Position numbers and translations under genes: made by a program
In this document: piece by piece, positions 37,391 to 52,545 of the stretch
How the letters are laid out: every line of letters starts with the position of its first letter
How positions within the stretch are numbered: position 1 is the stretch's first letter
From: Octopus vulgaris
Taxonomy: Eukaryota
Direction of reading: 5' to 3'
Length of the DNA: 64,000 bases
Assembly: GCA_951406725.2 (NCBI GenBank)
Contig: OX597834.1
Coordinates: 33,914,001-33,978,000, forward strand
The notes under the pieces: model-generated
Told to the model about the DNA's origin: nothing
Database searches by the model: none
The model's input: the letters and a program-made list of their open reading frames with translations, nothing else

Positions 37391-37767
37391 TACACACAGA
37401 CAGACTTACACACAGACAAACACACAGAAAGACAGACCTACACACAGACAGACATACAGACAGACAGACAAACATACACATAGACAGACAAACATACAGT
37501 CACGTAGACAAACATACACAGACACACAGACCTACCACAAGCACACACAACCATACAGACAAACCTACACACAGACAGACAGACAAACATACAAACACAA
37601 AGACAGACCTACACAGACAAACAAACATACACACAGACAGACAGACAAACACACACAACCATACACAGAGAGGCATACACACACATACACAGACAGAACT
37701 ATACAGACAAAAATACCCAAAGACAAACATACAGACAGACAGACATACATACACAGACAGACAGACT
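37290..37767. repeat. (ACAG)/(CA)-derived low-complexity array
   Basis: Direct inspection. Source of the spurious 307-aa ORF. Confidence 0.9.
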
Positions 37768-38176
37768 GTAGTATATCGCCGTTACCTTACATGTTGGGCG
37801 CCGTTTGTAAATACAAACAGTAAACAAGTAATCACAGTTCAACTGCCACCAGATACAACAACTGAAGCCACAGGTAGAATGCCACATTTTACACAGATTC
37901 TTCACGGTTCACTGAATATTCAACAAGGTTCACTGAATATTGGACAAGGTTCACCACAGAACATTGAACACAGTTTGTCCGAAATATCCAAACATGGTCG
38001 GAACTCAGTGAGTGATGCATTGTGTACATGCGTGTGTGTGTGTGTGTATTTATGCGTGTGGTTGTAAGTTTATATACATATGTGTGTATGTATATATGTA
38101 TGTGTGTGTGTGTGCATGTGTGTATGTATATATATATATATATAATGTATGTATTATATATATGTGTGTGTGTAAA

Positions 38177-38214
<38 letters not shown>

Positions 38215-39169
38215 TAATTTTGTGTGAATGTTTGTATGTATATATATGTGTCGGGGTGGGTATATATATATATGTTTGTGCGTGTATATATATATAGGTA
38301 TGATTGTATGTATTTATGTGTATGAGGCTCTCTGAGTGTTGCTGGTATGTTGATGTTTAGCTGAGGTCAGCTCTGATCCAATTGATCCGTGATCAAAAGA
38401 TGTTCCAGTCATGTTAATCCAACACTTTTTGTTACTGTTTTCCAGATACAGTGTACCTAGGACTACATTATCTCATGAGTCCTTTGTTGTTGCTCAATCC
38501 AGATCATATAGCAAACCCATGATCACACATAATCCCACCATGGCCATCCTGGTATTTTCTTTGTTTTTCAAATATGCCTTGTCTAAAACTACATCATCCA
38601 ATGTAGTCCATCTTTTTTATGAGTCTCAAGGTATGATTTGAGGAAGATTCGGCTACTATTTCTGGCAGTTTGAATGACCATGTATTCGTCCCCACATTCA
38701 CTCTGTTTATGTCTCCATGTTTGTGAGTCTCAGAAGGAGAATAAGGGGACTAGCAAAACTGGTCCCTGACAAAAAAAAAATGTAACCAAGGGTCCCCAAA
38801 CAAGAGCGCCAAAGTCAAGGAATTCTGCCTTAGGGAGCCACAAACAAAATTTGGCATCTCTTTTCTCCATGATTGTTGTTCAGTACACGTGCGATTGTGC
38901 AGCAGTTGGAATGAAGACTTTGTTGAATTCTTCAGCACCCAAACATGGATAGGGGAGACATCGGATCGTGGTTGGTGGAGAGAACAAACTCAGGGATTTA
39001 TCCAACAGCAGACACTGGACATGTGCAAGGATCACAATGTGTGTGTGTGTGTGTGTGTATGCAGGATCCAACAGAATCAAGGTATTTTAATAAGGACACT
39101 AAAGTAGTGAACCTCGGCCCATTTGTGTTGTTTTATATATGTGTGTATATATGTAAGTGTGTGTATGTG

Positions 39170-39219
<50 letters not shown>

Positions 39220-39478
39220 ATATATATGTATGTATGATTGTATTTGTGTATATGTGTATATATATATATATATTTATGTATGTATGTAGATATATATGTA
39301 CATATATATGTATGTATATGTATGTATGTCTGTATGTATGTATGTGTGATTGTATTTGTGTGTGTGTTTATATATATATATATATTTATATATGTATATA
39401 CTTATGTATATATATGTATATGTATGTATGTATGTGTGATTGTATTTGTGTGTGTGTATATATATATGTATGTATATA

Positions 39479-39517
<39 letters not shown>

Positions 39518-40834
39518 GTGTGTGTATGTATGTATAGGAGATGTCTGAGTAATTTTGCTGTGTGTGTGTGTGTTGTTGTTTTCCTCAGCTCAGTTCCGAA
39601 CCTCCAGCTGATCCATGATTAAAGAAGGTCCATAGTTGAGTGACCCTGAATGATGACGATGACGACGATGAAGAAAGCGAATAGGGGACGAGATAAATGG
39701 AAACTGGTCCCCTCACACAAAAAGTGGGGGAGAAAAAAAATAACGGTAACCAAGAATTCTCCGCCAAAAAAGTGTTAGCTCCAAAAGAATGCTATCAAAA
39801 AGAGAAGCCGACAGAAAGAACTAGGCTCTTTCTTCTTTCACGGTCGTTGTTCGTTTGGTAAACGTAAATACTGCATCGCGACAAGACAAACAACCAAAAC
39901 AACAACAGCATCAACTATCATAATACAACAACAACAAGAACAACAACAAAAATCAACAGGCTTTAATTACAACAACAACAACATCAAAGAATTTTAGTTG
40001 TGTAAAAAGACATGAAATAGGAGATGGTGACATAAGATGTTTTCCGATGTAAGAGAAAGAGAGAAAAAGAGAGAGAAAAAGAGAGAGAGAGAAAGAGAGA
40101 GACAGAGACAGAGAAACGAAGTTTTTCTTTGCATTTTTACTGAGGGTTTTTTTTTTCTTGAGGTTTTTGTGGCATTTTTTTGCATTTGTTTTTATTTGTT
40201 GTTCATTTTCCTCAATGATTTCTGTTTTTCCTGTTTTCTTTTTATCATCATTCTTCTTCTTTGTCATCATCATATCATCATCAGCATCATCATCATCTTC
40301 GTTCTTCTCCATCATCTTCCTTTTCATCATCATCTTCAGCCTTTTTTCTTCATTTTCTCCTTCTTCTTATCATTATTATTCTCATCATTATTATTGTTGT
40401 TCTTCTTCTTCTTTACCTTCTTGTTCTTCTTCATCTTCATCTCCATCTTCTCTGTCTTCATTTTCTTCACCTTCTTCATCTTGTTGTTGTTGTTGTTATT
40501 TTTACTGTTGTTGTAATTATTTCGTAGTTTCTTTGAAAATTAAAAGTGCTGTAACAAATTAGATACAATTTCACAGAAATGGATCAGCTGACAGATATTT
40601 AATCTTTCATTGTTTGGGATTGTGCGTTTCTTCCATTCAACATTTGTGTATTTATGTGTGTGTATACGGTGTGTGTCTGTGTGCGCACACGAGAGAGAGT
40701 GTGTGAATGTATGTATATGACAGAGTGTGTGAGTGTACGTTTGTATGAGGGAGAGAATGTGCATATGTATGTATATTCTTGGAGAGTACAGACGAGAGAA
40801 AGGGTACTCAGTATGTACATATATACATGCATAT

Positions 40835-41121
40835 ATACATACATACATAATATATATACATATATACACATACAAACACACACACATACATAATATATAT
40901 ACATATATACACATACAAACACACACACATACATAATATATATATACACATACAAACACACACACATACATAATATATATATACACATACAAACACACAC
41001 ACATACATAATATATATACATATATACACATACAAACACACACACATACATAATATATATACATATATACACATACAAACACACACACATACATAATATA
41101 TATACATATATACACATACAA

Positions 41122-41180
<59 letters not shown>
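40835..41180. repeat. Minisatellite of catacaaacacacacacatacataatatatata units ending in (TA)n
   Basis: About seven recognisable units. Confidence 0.85.
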
Positions 41181-41184
<4 letters not shown>

Positions 41185-41835
41185 TTGATGCATTTGACAA
41201 AACATTCTTCAAGGCAATGCCCCAGCATGGCCACAGTCTAATGACTGAAGCAAGCAAAAGACAAAGGATATATGTAGAAGACTACCCCAGGCTACTGTGT
41301 CTGTTTTGGCAGTGTTTTTATGGTTGGATTCCCTTCCTAACACCAACCACCCAGCAGAGTGGACTGACTGCTTTTTACATGGGACCAGCACAGGTGAGGT
41401 CAGTTTTGGCAAGGTTTTTACTGCTGGATGCCCTTCCAAATGCCAACTACTTTACAGTGTGAACTGGATACCTTTTATGTGGCACCAGCACTGGCAGGGT
41501 CACCAAGTAACTTGCAGGATGAGGAACTTTGGAAGATGATGGGGCATTAGAAGAGGGGATCTTGTGTTAGATGAGGAATGATGAGAGTGTGACAAAGGCA
41601 CAAAAAAGTGTCTTGCTATAGAGGAAGAACATGGTTACCTGGCCAGAGAGAGGGAGAGGAAGAGAGAGAGAGAGAAAGAGAGAAAGTACCCACATAATTT
41701 AGTATCGTTACAACAGTCTGATGAATGGTCACATGAAACTCCAAGTAACAGTTTGTGAAGATATTTTGGGCCTTAATAAACCTTTGGTATTCGAGCACTA
41801 TCTTTTGCATTTATCTACTTACTTGTGTGTGTGTT

Positions 41836-41889
<54 letters not shown>

Positions 41890-41933
41890 GTATATGATAT
41901 ATATGTATATAAATATATATGTATGTATGTATG

Positions 41934-41970
<37 letters not shown>

Positions 41971-42357
41971 CTGTATACGAAAGGGAATGTTTTTCCTGCC
42001 TTTTTATTCTTGAAATAATGAAGAAAACTTGATAAGGAATTTTTTTAACAAATGGTAAAAAAACTATCATTAAAAATTCAATAAAGAAATAATTAAAACT
42101 ACAGTTGGATTGGGGGGGGGGCAAATGGGGGAGGGTAGAGTAGAAGGAAATAAGGAAGGAAACTAAAGTATGTCAATTAGCAACAATGAATTAGAGAAAT
42201 ATTCTAATAAAAACTATAAATTAGAAATATTTATTATCATCAAATGAAAGAGGGGTGGAGGGAGAGATGAACAGAGACAATGAAAGGGAGACAGAGAGAG
42301 GGGGGCAAAGAGAGGAAGAGACAAAGAGAAAGACATATCTATACACAGACACAGAGC

Positions 42358-42630
42358 GAGACATGGAGAGAGAGAGAGACATGGAGAGAGAGACATGGAG
42401 AGAGAGAGAGACATGGAGAGAGAGAGAGACATGGAGAGAGAGACATGGAGAGAGAGAGACATGGAGAGAGAGAGACATGGAGAGAGAGAGACATGGAGAG
42501 AGAGAGACATGGAGAGAGACATGGAGAGAGAGAGACATGGAGAGAGAGAGACATGGAGAGAGAGAGAGAGATGGAGATAGAGAGAGAGAGACATGGAGAT
42601 AGAGAGAGAGACATGGAGATAGAGAGAGAG
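42358..42630. repeat. [(GA)n-CATG] minisatellite
   Basis: Repeated gacatggagagagag units. Confidence 0.9.
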
Positions 42631-43420
42631 ACAGACAGACAGATAAACAGACAGACACACACACAAAGTGAGAAAGACATATACAGAGACACAAACAGAA
42701 AGAGAGGGACATGGAGAGAGACAAAGAGAGAGAGAGAAAAACAGGGCAAGAAACAGTGTGAGACATATAGAGAGAAAAACACACAAAAGGAGAAAGATAC
42801 AGAGAGAGACAGACAGAAAGAAACACAAAGAGAGAAAGAGAGAGAGAGACAGAGAAAAAGACAGAGAGAGGCAAAGAAACAGAGAGAGAGAGAGAGAAAT
42901 TCAAAGAGACAGACAGAGAAAGAAAGAGAAGAAAAAGAACATTACCAATGGAAACAACAACAACAACAACGACGACGAGTCGGAGATGTTGACGAATGCA
43001 AAAGAGTAATTATTCTTAATGATTTAATTGAGATGGGAAGGAAATTGGAGATTTGTTCCAGGAAAAAAAAAATGAGAAGAACAAAAAGAAAAAGAGACAT
43101 TAAAAGACAAGTTGCAGGAAGAAAGGAACAAGAAAGGAATAAAGTATAAGAAGAAAAAAAAACCACAAAAAAAACCACCCCCTCCCAAAGGACCGACACC
43201 CCACCTCCCCACTCTCGCAATCGAAATCGCAATAACTGGCTTTTGTTTCCTATTTCTTAAGACCTTATCAAGCCATTTTCTTAAAAAAAAAAAAGTCATT
43301 AACCTTCTGTTTAAAAAACAAAAAAAACCCCCAAAAATGTCTTCTTACACAATTGACTTAATGCCATGATACAGCATTGCTTTACATTCTAGCTTAAAGC
43401 CTATTGACCTATATTGTGTG

Positions 43421-43465
<45 letters not shown>

Positions 43466-43589
43466 GTTTGGTGGTGTTTGGGGTGGGGGGAGGTTAGGTT
43501 TACGATTCCCTGTTGCAGCTAATTGCACTTTTAATTGTGTTGCTAAGGGTAGTTTTGTAAGAAAAGGGAGAGAGTAAACAAAGAATAAA

Positions 43590-44026
43590 TGATGAAGGAA
43601 TGAAGAAGGAATGAAGAAGAAGAAGAAGAAAAAGACAGAGAAGAAGAAGAAGAAGAAGGAGGAGGAGGAGGAGGAGAAGGAGGAGAAGAAGAAGAAATGA
43701 AGAAGAAGAAGGAGAAGAAGAAATGAAGAAGAAGAAGAAGAAGGAGGAGGAGGAGAAGGAGGTGAAGAAGAAATGAAGAAGAAGAAGAAGAAGAAGAAGG
43801 AGAAATGAAGAAGAAGAAGAAGAAGAAGCTGAAGAAGAAGAAAATGAAGAAGATGAAGAAGATGAAGAAGAAGAAGCTGAAGAAACTGAAGAAGATGAAG
43901 ATGAAGATGAAGAAGAAACTGAAGAAGAAGATGTAGAAACTGAAGAAGAAGAAAAAGCTGAAGAAACTGAAGAAGAAGCTGAAGAAGAAACTGAAGAAAA
44001 AGATGAAGAAGAAGAAGAAGAAGAAG

Positions 44027-44056
<30 letters not shown>
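43590..44056. repeat. (GAA)n-rich polypurine tract
   Basis: About 470 bp of interrupted GAA/GGA triplets ending in a pure (GAA) run. Confidence 0.95.
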
Positions 44057-44057
<1 letters not shown>

Positions 44058-44559
44058 GGTGGTAGTTTTGGCAACAGTAGTGGCAGTGGTGATGGTGGTG
44101 GTTCTTATTCTTTAATGGATGAAATGGGCTGGCTGAACCATGAGTGTTCAACAAAATGCTTTGCTCTTTACATTCTGAGTTCAAATTCTGCCAAAGCTAT
44201 CTTTGCCTTTCCTTTTTTCAGGTGTGGAAGTGGCGATGGGTGGGGGTGGGGGGTTAGAGTCAATAAAATAAAGTACCAGTCAAGTACTGGGTTCAATGCA
44301 ATCAAATGAATCCTTTCCCCTCTCAACATTCCAAAGGTCTTAAGCCTAAATGAGAAACAATAAAAAAAACAATGGTTTGGGAGAATCGGTAGAGCATTGG
44401 GTAGAATGCTTTGTGGTATTTGGTCCATCTCTCTAAACTCAGAGTTCAAACCCAGCACAGGTCGACTTGGCCTTTCATCCTTTCAGGGTTGATAAATTAA
44501 GAACCAGTTAAACCGAGAGCATCGACGGATGGATGAATGCGCATCCAGGCTCAGTGGTT

Positions 44560-44779
44560 GCGTAGGTAGGAAGTCGGGGACAAGAAACAGGAAGAAAGAG
44601 TGAGAGAAAGTTGGAGCGAAAGAGTACAAAAGGGGTCGCCACCACCCCCTGCCGGAGCCTTGTGGATCTTTTAGGTGTTTTCGCTCAATAAACACACACA
44701 ACGCCCGGTCTGGGAATCAAAACCGCGATCCTCCGACCGTGAGTCCGCTGCCCCAACCATTGGGCCATTGCGCCTCCAC
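44560..44779 (-). mobile_element. tRNA-headed SINE (further family)
   Basis: Minus-strand head gtggaggcgcaatggcccaatggttggggcagcggactcacg..ggttttgattcccagacc with A/B-box-like motifs. Related head at about 8717-8800. Confidence 0.6.
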
Positions 44780-45347
44780 TGCTGTTGATGCTACTGGTGG
44801 AGGCTGGGGCCTGGCTTGTGTCCTTGCAGGACTTAGGAACCAAATGAAACATCGTCAGCGAGGAACTGACCAAACCTTGAGTTGTCCTCAATGGGTCTAG
44901 GAAGTGGACATACTCAATCAGAAGTCGATTTCCATCAGGTGTGCATGTAATTAAGGCTTATATATTTATTAGACTAATGATTCTATTCACTTGTGGAAGA
45001 AAAAAAATCCCCCAAATTCCAACCAACCAACCAACCAACCAACCAGCCAGCCATACATCAAACATTACTTCAGATATGTAATAGAATAATCACCTGACTG
45101 TCTACACAACTCTCTACTAGACATTTAAAGAGCTTTCTGGAGATATCCACAAGCGGATATATATTACAGTGACAGAACAATAACTACATAATCTTTCTCT
45201 GTCTTTTCTCTCTCTCTCTCTTTCTCCCTCTCTCTCTCTCGGTCATACACACACTAGCAAGTTCATGTGTGAACACTCACATACATAGGCTTGATTAAAC
45301 ATACATAGGTGAAAATGCATATAACATTACATGGAGAGATATACATA

Positions 45348-45382
<35 letters not shown>

Positions 45383-47652
45383 TGACTAAACATACATATA
45401 CATGTATAGACATACATACACATATATGTGTGCGTATATATATATATATATATATATACATACATACGTGTGTATATATATATATATATAGATACATACA
45501 CATATATATATATACATACACACACATATATATATATATATACATACACAGACATATATATGTATACATATATATATATATATATATGTATGTATATATA
45601 CAAAGAAATTTACATACATACACATATATATATTTATATATACATATAGAGAAAAGGTGTAGATATATATGTATAGAGAGAGAGAAAAAGAGAAAGATAT
45701 ATATATATCCATCAAATGCACACACACACACACATACTTGCACATACACACACAAACCCACCCACTCACAATGTCTGATGAGCTAAGTAATTACTAATAG
45801 TAATAAAAAACGAAGACATTGCAAATGAAAAATAATATGTTTTAAAAAAAAAATCCTTCCATCATAAATATAATAACTCTTGTAAAATGATTATGTAAAA
45901 TGTTAATAGGATGTTAATGTAAAAAGTTCATATTCATTGGTAATTGAAATATATATGTAAATAGATTCAGGTATTCAGGTGTTCAACCAGTCTATAATTA
46001 GTGGATGCTTAAAAGGTCTCTACCATTGTGCTGACACTTAGAGACAAGTTCAGATTTTTTTTATTTATTAATATCTTTTATCTTTTACTTGTTTCAGTTA
46101 TTGGACTGTGGCTATGCTGAAGCACCACCTGCAAGTGTTTAGTTGAACAAATCAAACCCACTGCATTTTTGTTTTTTAAGACTAGTACTTATTCTATTGG
46201 TCTTAGAGGTATGTAAATACATCAACACCAATCATCAAATGGTGGTGGTGGGGGAAATACACACACATACACACACACAATAACCTTCTTCCAGTTTCCA
46301 TCTTCCAAACCCACTCACAAGAACTTAGTTGGCCCAGGGCTATAATGGAAAACATTTGCCCAAGGTGCCACACAGTGGGACTGAACCAAAGACCACACAG
46401 TTGGGAAGTAAGTTTCCTAACCACACACCCACACCTGCATCTACATATAGTCTTTTGTTGGTATGTTGAGCATCATTAACGCCCCAGTATATATATGCAT
46501 GTTTGTGTATGTATGTATAACTATCATCATCATCATCGGTTTTACATCCATTTGATGAAGATACACACACACACGCACACACACACATAGAAAGCACACT
46601 TTGTGAAATGGTTGGTATAGGAAGAGCATCCGGCTGTAGAAACCATGCTGAAACAGACTGGAGTCTGGTGCAGCTTCCTAGCCTGCCACCTCTGGTCAAA
46701 CCATCCAATCCATGTCAGCATGGACAATGGACATTGAATGATGATGCTGATGATTCACAAACAAATTAGCACACACACAAGTGCATTAATAATATTTTTC
46801 TTTAACTAAGGCATCAAGCTGACAGAATCATTAGCACACCGGCCAAAATGCTTAGCGTTATTTCATCTGCTGCTACATTCTGAGTTCAAATTCTGTCGAG
46901 GTCAACTTTGCCTTTCATCCTTTCAGGGTCAATAAATTAAGTACCAGTTGCATACCGGGGTTAATCTAATCGACTGCCCCCCTCCACCTCCCCAAAAATT
47001 TCGGGCCTTGTGCTTAGAGTAGAAAAGAATATTTTTGCTTACTTCCCATTCACTTGCTGGATCCAAAAGAAATGAAATAGTGACCTTAGTTTTCACAGTC
47101 CCTTGTAGACCAATGCTTTTTAAGTGGAACCAGCACCAGTGCTATTACATGGCACCAGCATGGGTACTATATATGCAACACCAGTACAGCTGCTTTATAC
47201 ATGATACTGGCACAGGTGCTTTTTATGTGGCGCCAGCATAGGTAGTGAGGTTACCAAATAATTTACCAGACAAGCTGTCACTGCACTGTTCCAAAGTCCC
47301 ACCCATTCTGTCTCGAGTGGTGACCATATACTGCAATAGCTTGGGATTCAAAGCCCTTAAGCTACCTTCTTTTATTTCCTTCCCAACTACTCTCCCACTC
47401 ACCCCTATGCTAAGTGGGTTACCCGGGTATTTCTTCAAAAGTGAGAACTGTGTTCTTGTCTGTCTATCATACTTTAGCCTTTCAACACCCAGCATGAAGC
47501 CATCTTCACTCTCTAGGGAGAGACCTAAGTAGGGTGGGTATCCCAGATGGCCGACATTCTGGGAACCACAATGTGACTCAGTTCTTGTGCAGTGTGGTGG
47601 TTTGTCTGGCTCAGTAATCCTGAGAGCTGTGTTAACGGAGCGCAAAGGCCTG

Positions 47653-47888
47653 GTAAGGTCTCCCATACTGGGCAACTCAAAGGATAGAGGTAGGACCAAT
47701 ATAAACCACCTCTTCCCTGAGGTAAAAATGATGAGCTTGTGTAGGACCAACACCCCCACCTAGTCAACAAGTAAGGTCTCCCATACTGGGCAACTCAAAG
47801 GATAGGGGTGGGACCGATATAAACCACCTCTTGCCTGAGGTAAAAATGCTGAGCCTGTGTAGGACCACCACCTCCACTTAGTCAACAA
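47653..47888. repeat. Tandem duplication of a 118-bp segment of the RTE-5'-like repeat
   Basis: gtaaggtctcccatactgggcaactcaaaggatag starts at 47653 and again at 47771. Confidence 0.85.
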
Positions 47889-48619
47889 GCAAATTTACAG
47901 GAGCATCAATGACAATTCAAAACTAACAAGACATGGAAGATGAAGGCCTTCCCTCTTGACATTGCATAACAGCTGTAAATGAGTGTCACTGTTATACAAG
48001 CAGTGTCATTCATTTCCAATTAGTTATAGAGAGACGTAGACAGATTGAAAGGGCAGAAACGATAGGAGCAGGGTAGGAGATGGGGTGAGGAAGGGAGTAT
48101 ATTGTGGACAAGGAAGTTGTTGTCATGATACCAGTAACATCACTACCTCCACCACCATTACCACCACCGTCACCACCGCCACCATCATCATCATCACGAA
48201 CACTCTTGTTGCGTTAATAACACATTTATGGTTTTTCTTCTAGCAAGTAAATTTTTCTTTCGCAGTTTTATATTATTAAATTTTTTGGTTTAAACAAGAT
48301 AAATATGGTGGTGGCAGTGGGAGGAGGAGGAGAAGGGACAGACAACTAATCTTCACATCCACCACTGCCACCGCCGCTGCCAACACCGGCATTTTAGCCA
48401 ATAACAAGGAAAAAAAAAATCAATGTAAGTTGTAGACTAAAAGCAAAATAGAAAAGCAACAAAAACAAAGAAAAAACATAAAAGATCAACAAGAAGGAAA
48501 CACGAGGATGGAAGACAGAAAAAAAGAGAGAAGAGAAATAATTCAAGATGTAAGAATGCAATTACTGATGCATTAACAGTGTCTTGTTTGTTTCACTACT
48601 GAAGTGAACTAGGAAATAT

Positions 48620-48765
48620 CATATATATACACACACACACACATATATACATATATATAGGTATGCATATATATATATATCCACATATATATACATATAA
48701 ATATATATATATATATATATCCACATATACATACATATATATATCCACATATACATATATACAAT

Positions 48766-48799
<34 letters not shown>

Positions 48800-48845
48800 C
48801 CACATATACATACATACACATATATATATATATATATATCCACAT

Positions 48846-48881
<36 letters not shown>

Positions 48882-48887
48882 CCACAT

Positions 48888-48919
<32 letters not shown>

Positions 48920-49064
48920 CCACATATACATACATATATATACATATATATATATACATATATATACACATACATATATATACATACATACACACATATA
49001 CATACATACACATATACATACATACATATATATACATACATACATATATACATACATACATATA

Positions 49065-49098
<34 letters not shown>

Positions 49099-49115
49099 CA
49101 TATATACATACATAC

Positions 49116-49153
<38 letters not shown>

Positions 49154-49276
49154 ATACATATATATACATACATATATATATATATACATACATATATATA
49201 TATATACATACATACATATATATTCATATATATACATACATACATATACACACATATATACATACACACACATATA

Positions 49277-49314
<38 letters not shown>

Positions 49315-49320
49315 CACATA
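48620..49320. repeat. (TA)/(TACA) compound microsatellite
   Basis: Direct inspection. Confidence 0.9.
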
Positions 49321-52129
49321 TCAGGATCTAGCTAAATCCAGCTGATCCATCCCCTCCATCACCCACTGTTTGCATCCTCCCTTATTCCCATCTTCTCATA
49401 CCTTCACAGTTTCCTCTGGCACCCCATCACTACCTTCTTTTATCTCCTTCCCAACTACTCCCACCCACCCCTATACAATAGTGAGACTTCTATAGTGAGA
49501 CCCCTGTGCTTGTCTCTCTATCATATTTTAGCCTTTTAACACCCGGCATGAAGCCATCTTCCTTTTCTCAAATACCCACCACCACTACCACCAGCTTTTT
49601 CCTTTTTCTTTTTCCCTATTCTTTTTTCATTTTGCAAGTTACCCGACAACCTCATAAGTGCCAGAATCCTGCAAAAAGGCACCCAGTAAAACTCTGTGAA
49701 GTGGTTGGCAATAGGAAGGGCATTCAGCTGTAGAAACCATGGCAAAGCAGACAATTGGAACTTGGCACAGCCGTGTGGCTCACTGAATCATGTCAAATCA
49801 TTCAAGTTATGTGACCATGGAACACGGAATTTAAATAATGATGACAATGGCAATGATGATGATGATGATGACAATGATCTCATAGAGAAAGACATGGTAT
49901 TTACATCAGTCTATTACATACAGTGTTAGCTAAAATCTATAGATATATTTTAAAATACATCGTGAGATTGAATCAAAGCAATTAATCAAACAAGCTACCA
50001 AGAATGTATTTGTCATCAAAATCAGCAGCAGCATCGTTTTAATGTCCACTTTTCCATGCTTGCATGGGTCAGACACAATTCACTGAGGCCAATTTTCTTC
50101 AGCTGGATGCCTTTCACGTTGCCAATCCTCACCTATTTCCAAGCAAGGCAAGATATTTATTTCCCCATGCCAAACATGTTTTCAGGAAAGAAAGATTGGA
50201 AATGAAGGACACTGCTTATGTGACAGTGATGCTTTTTTACGACTATCACATGATGTCAAAACAAGGAAACACATAGAGACATATAGTGTAGAAAGTTTTT
50301 GCCAAAAATACTTGATACAGTCATGATATTTAAAAAAAGATTTTCTTAGAATAAAAATTATTAGTTATACAAAACAAAATTTTTAAAAATATGGAATGAT
50401 ACTATTTATGTGTGTGTGTCTCTGTGTGTGTATAGATTATATATACAATATATATTATATACATATAAATTCATAATATATATATATACTATATGATATA
50501 TATATATTCTACATATATTTTATATATATCATGATGACGATGATGATATTTATATATATATAATCATGCCAGTGGTACGTAAAAAGCACCAACTGATCGT
50601 GGCTGTTGCCAGCCTCCTCTGGCCCCTGTGCCAGTGGCACATAAAAAGCACCCACTACACTCACGGAGTGGTTGGCATTAGGAAAGGCATCCAGCTGTAG
50701 AAACACTGCCAGATCAGATTGGAGCCTGGTGCAGCCTCCTGGCTTCCCAGACACTGGTTGAACCATCCAACCCATGCTAGCATGGAAAACGAACGTTAAA
50801 CGACGATGATGATAATACATATATATATATATATATTTGATAGATTTTTATCAGTTTCTGTCTACCAAATCCACCCACAAGGTTTTGGTCAGCTCGCTGC
50901 CATAGTAGAAAGAACTTGCCTTACATACCACACACTAAGATTGAACCTGAAGCCAAGTGGTTAGAAACACCTGCAGCTATAGCCACACTTACACCTATGA
51001 CATGCATCCATCATCGTTTTATGTCCACTTTCCATGCTGGCATGGGTTGGACGGTTTGACACGAAGCTAGCTAGCAGGGGAGATGTCCAAACTCCCACTG
51101 TCTGTTGCAGCATGGTTTCTACAACCGGATGCCTTTCCTAATGCCAACCACTTAAGAGAGGGCGGGAGGTGCTTTGTGTGTGCCACTGGCATGGGTGCAT
51201 TGATTCAGCACCAGCATAGGTGTGTTAGCACAGCACTGGCACAGGTGCCATTTAAGTGGCACCAACATCTGAAAGAACAAACCTGTATGTGTAGAAGACA
51301 CACTGGTTTTACTTAACCTGACATGGTTTAGCAAGTGCAGCAGATCACCACACGCAAATTAGTCTCAAGAATTTCTCTAATCATTTCAATAATAGCAAAG
51401 TAATAAAGAGTATCTCCATGGATAGTCAAAGTGGGTACTCGGTCATTTGTATAGGATTGAAATTAAACCGGTTGACCCTTTGCTGTCTTTTTTATTTTGT
51501 TCTTGTTTATAGTTTTATATGTAGACATCTTGTTTACATCTGTTTATTACAAACAGCATTGGCTAAAAACAACAACAACAACAACAACAACAAACAGAAA
51601 TTATTGATATTAGTCTGTAACATGAAAATAAATATAACTGAAGAGGAGGAAGACGAGCGGAAGAGAAATGCATGAAGGAAACGGAGAAGACAAAGGAAAT
51701 ATTTGAAAGGGGGGAGTAAAGGGGTAAAAGTAAGAGGAAAGACAAGGGAAAAAAAAATCGAAGATTTGTCTGGTATCGAATATTTCTGATGTTTTGTGTC
51801 ATTGCTTAATAAAAACAAGAGGGGAAAACAAAAAAAGCCATCACCAATCTAATTATCTGGTTCTAATTAACTATGAAGGAGAGTAATGAAAAAAACAAGT
51901 TTACAGCGAACAGCTTGAAAATAAGAGCTGCTAAAACAGCATGGAAGGAAAGGTGGGGAATTGGTTTAGAGAGAAACACCTGAGACTGTTTTTATGGAAA
52001 ATATTGTTTGTTAGACACATCTCAGTTTGAACATGTGTGTGTATATATGTATATAAGTGTGTGCATGTGTGCATATATGTGTATGTATAATTATTATGTA
52101 TATATATATGTATAATTATTATGTATATA

Positions 52130-52169
<40 letters not shown>

Positions 52170-52545
52170 CATATACATATATATATATAATTATTTGTGT
52201 ATATGTGTAATATGTTCATTATTATTATTATTATTATCAATACATATATAAACATATATATATATGTACATACAGTAATGTAAGTACATATACATATGTA
52301 TAAATGTGTGTATGTATATATATATATAAAGTTGTAATGAAAGCTCTAGCCATTTTCTTTTTAAAGTAAATATCAAGTTAGATTTTGAAGGTGTTTAACT
52401 TCTCAATTCTATTTGAAATACAACAAAAACATCAATATATCATTTCCTTCCATTTTCTTTCAGATTTTATCAATTTGATCATAACTGAAGTTGTTCACTT
52501 CATGTTCACTTCAAGCAAAGAATACATTCGTCATTTTATTCTTTA

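Noticed and set aside
37790-37805. Possible tRNA-Lys primer-binding site (ggcgcccaac on the minus strand)
   Set aside because: No TGG start, no adjacent LTR ending in CA and no gag/pol sequence.
42214-44184. ORFs of 200-290 aa rich in ER, LS, F or L
   Set aside because: Products of (GA)n and (GAA)n tracts with no domain content.
44700-44779. tRNA genes suggested by A/B-box motifs (also at 1570, 8285, 59960)
   Set aside because: These are SINE heads followed by SINE bodies, without a complete cloverleaf.
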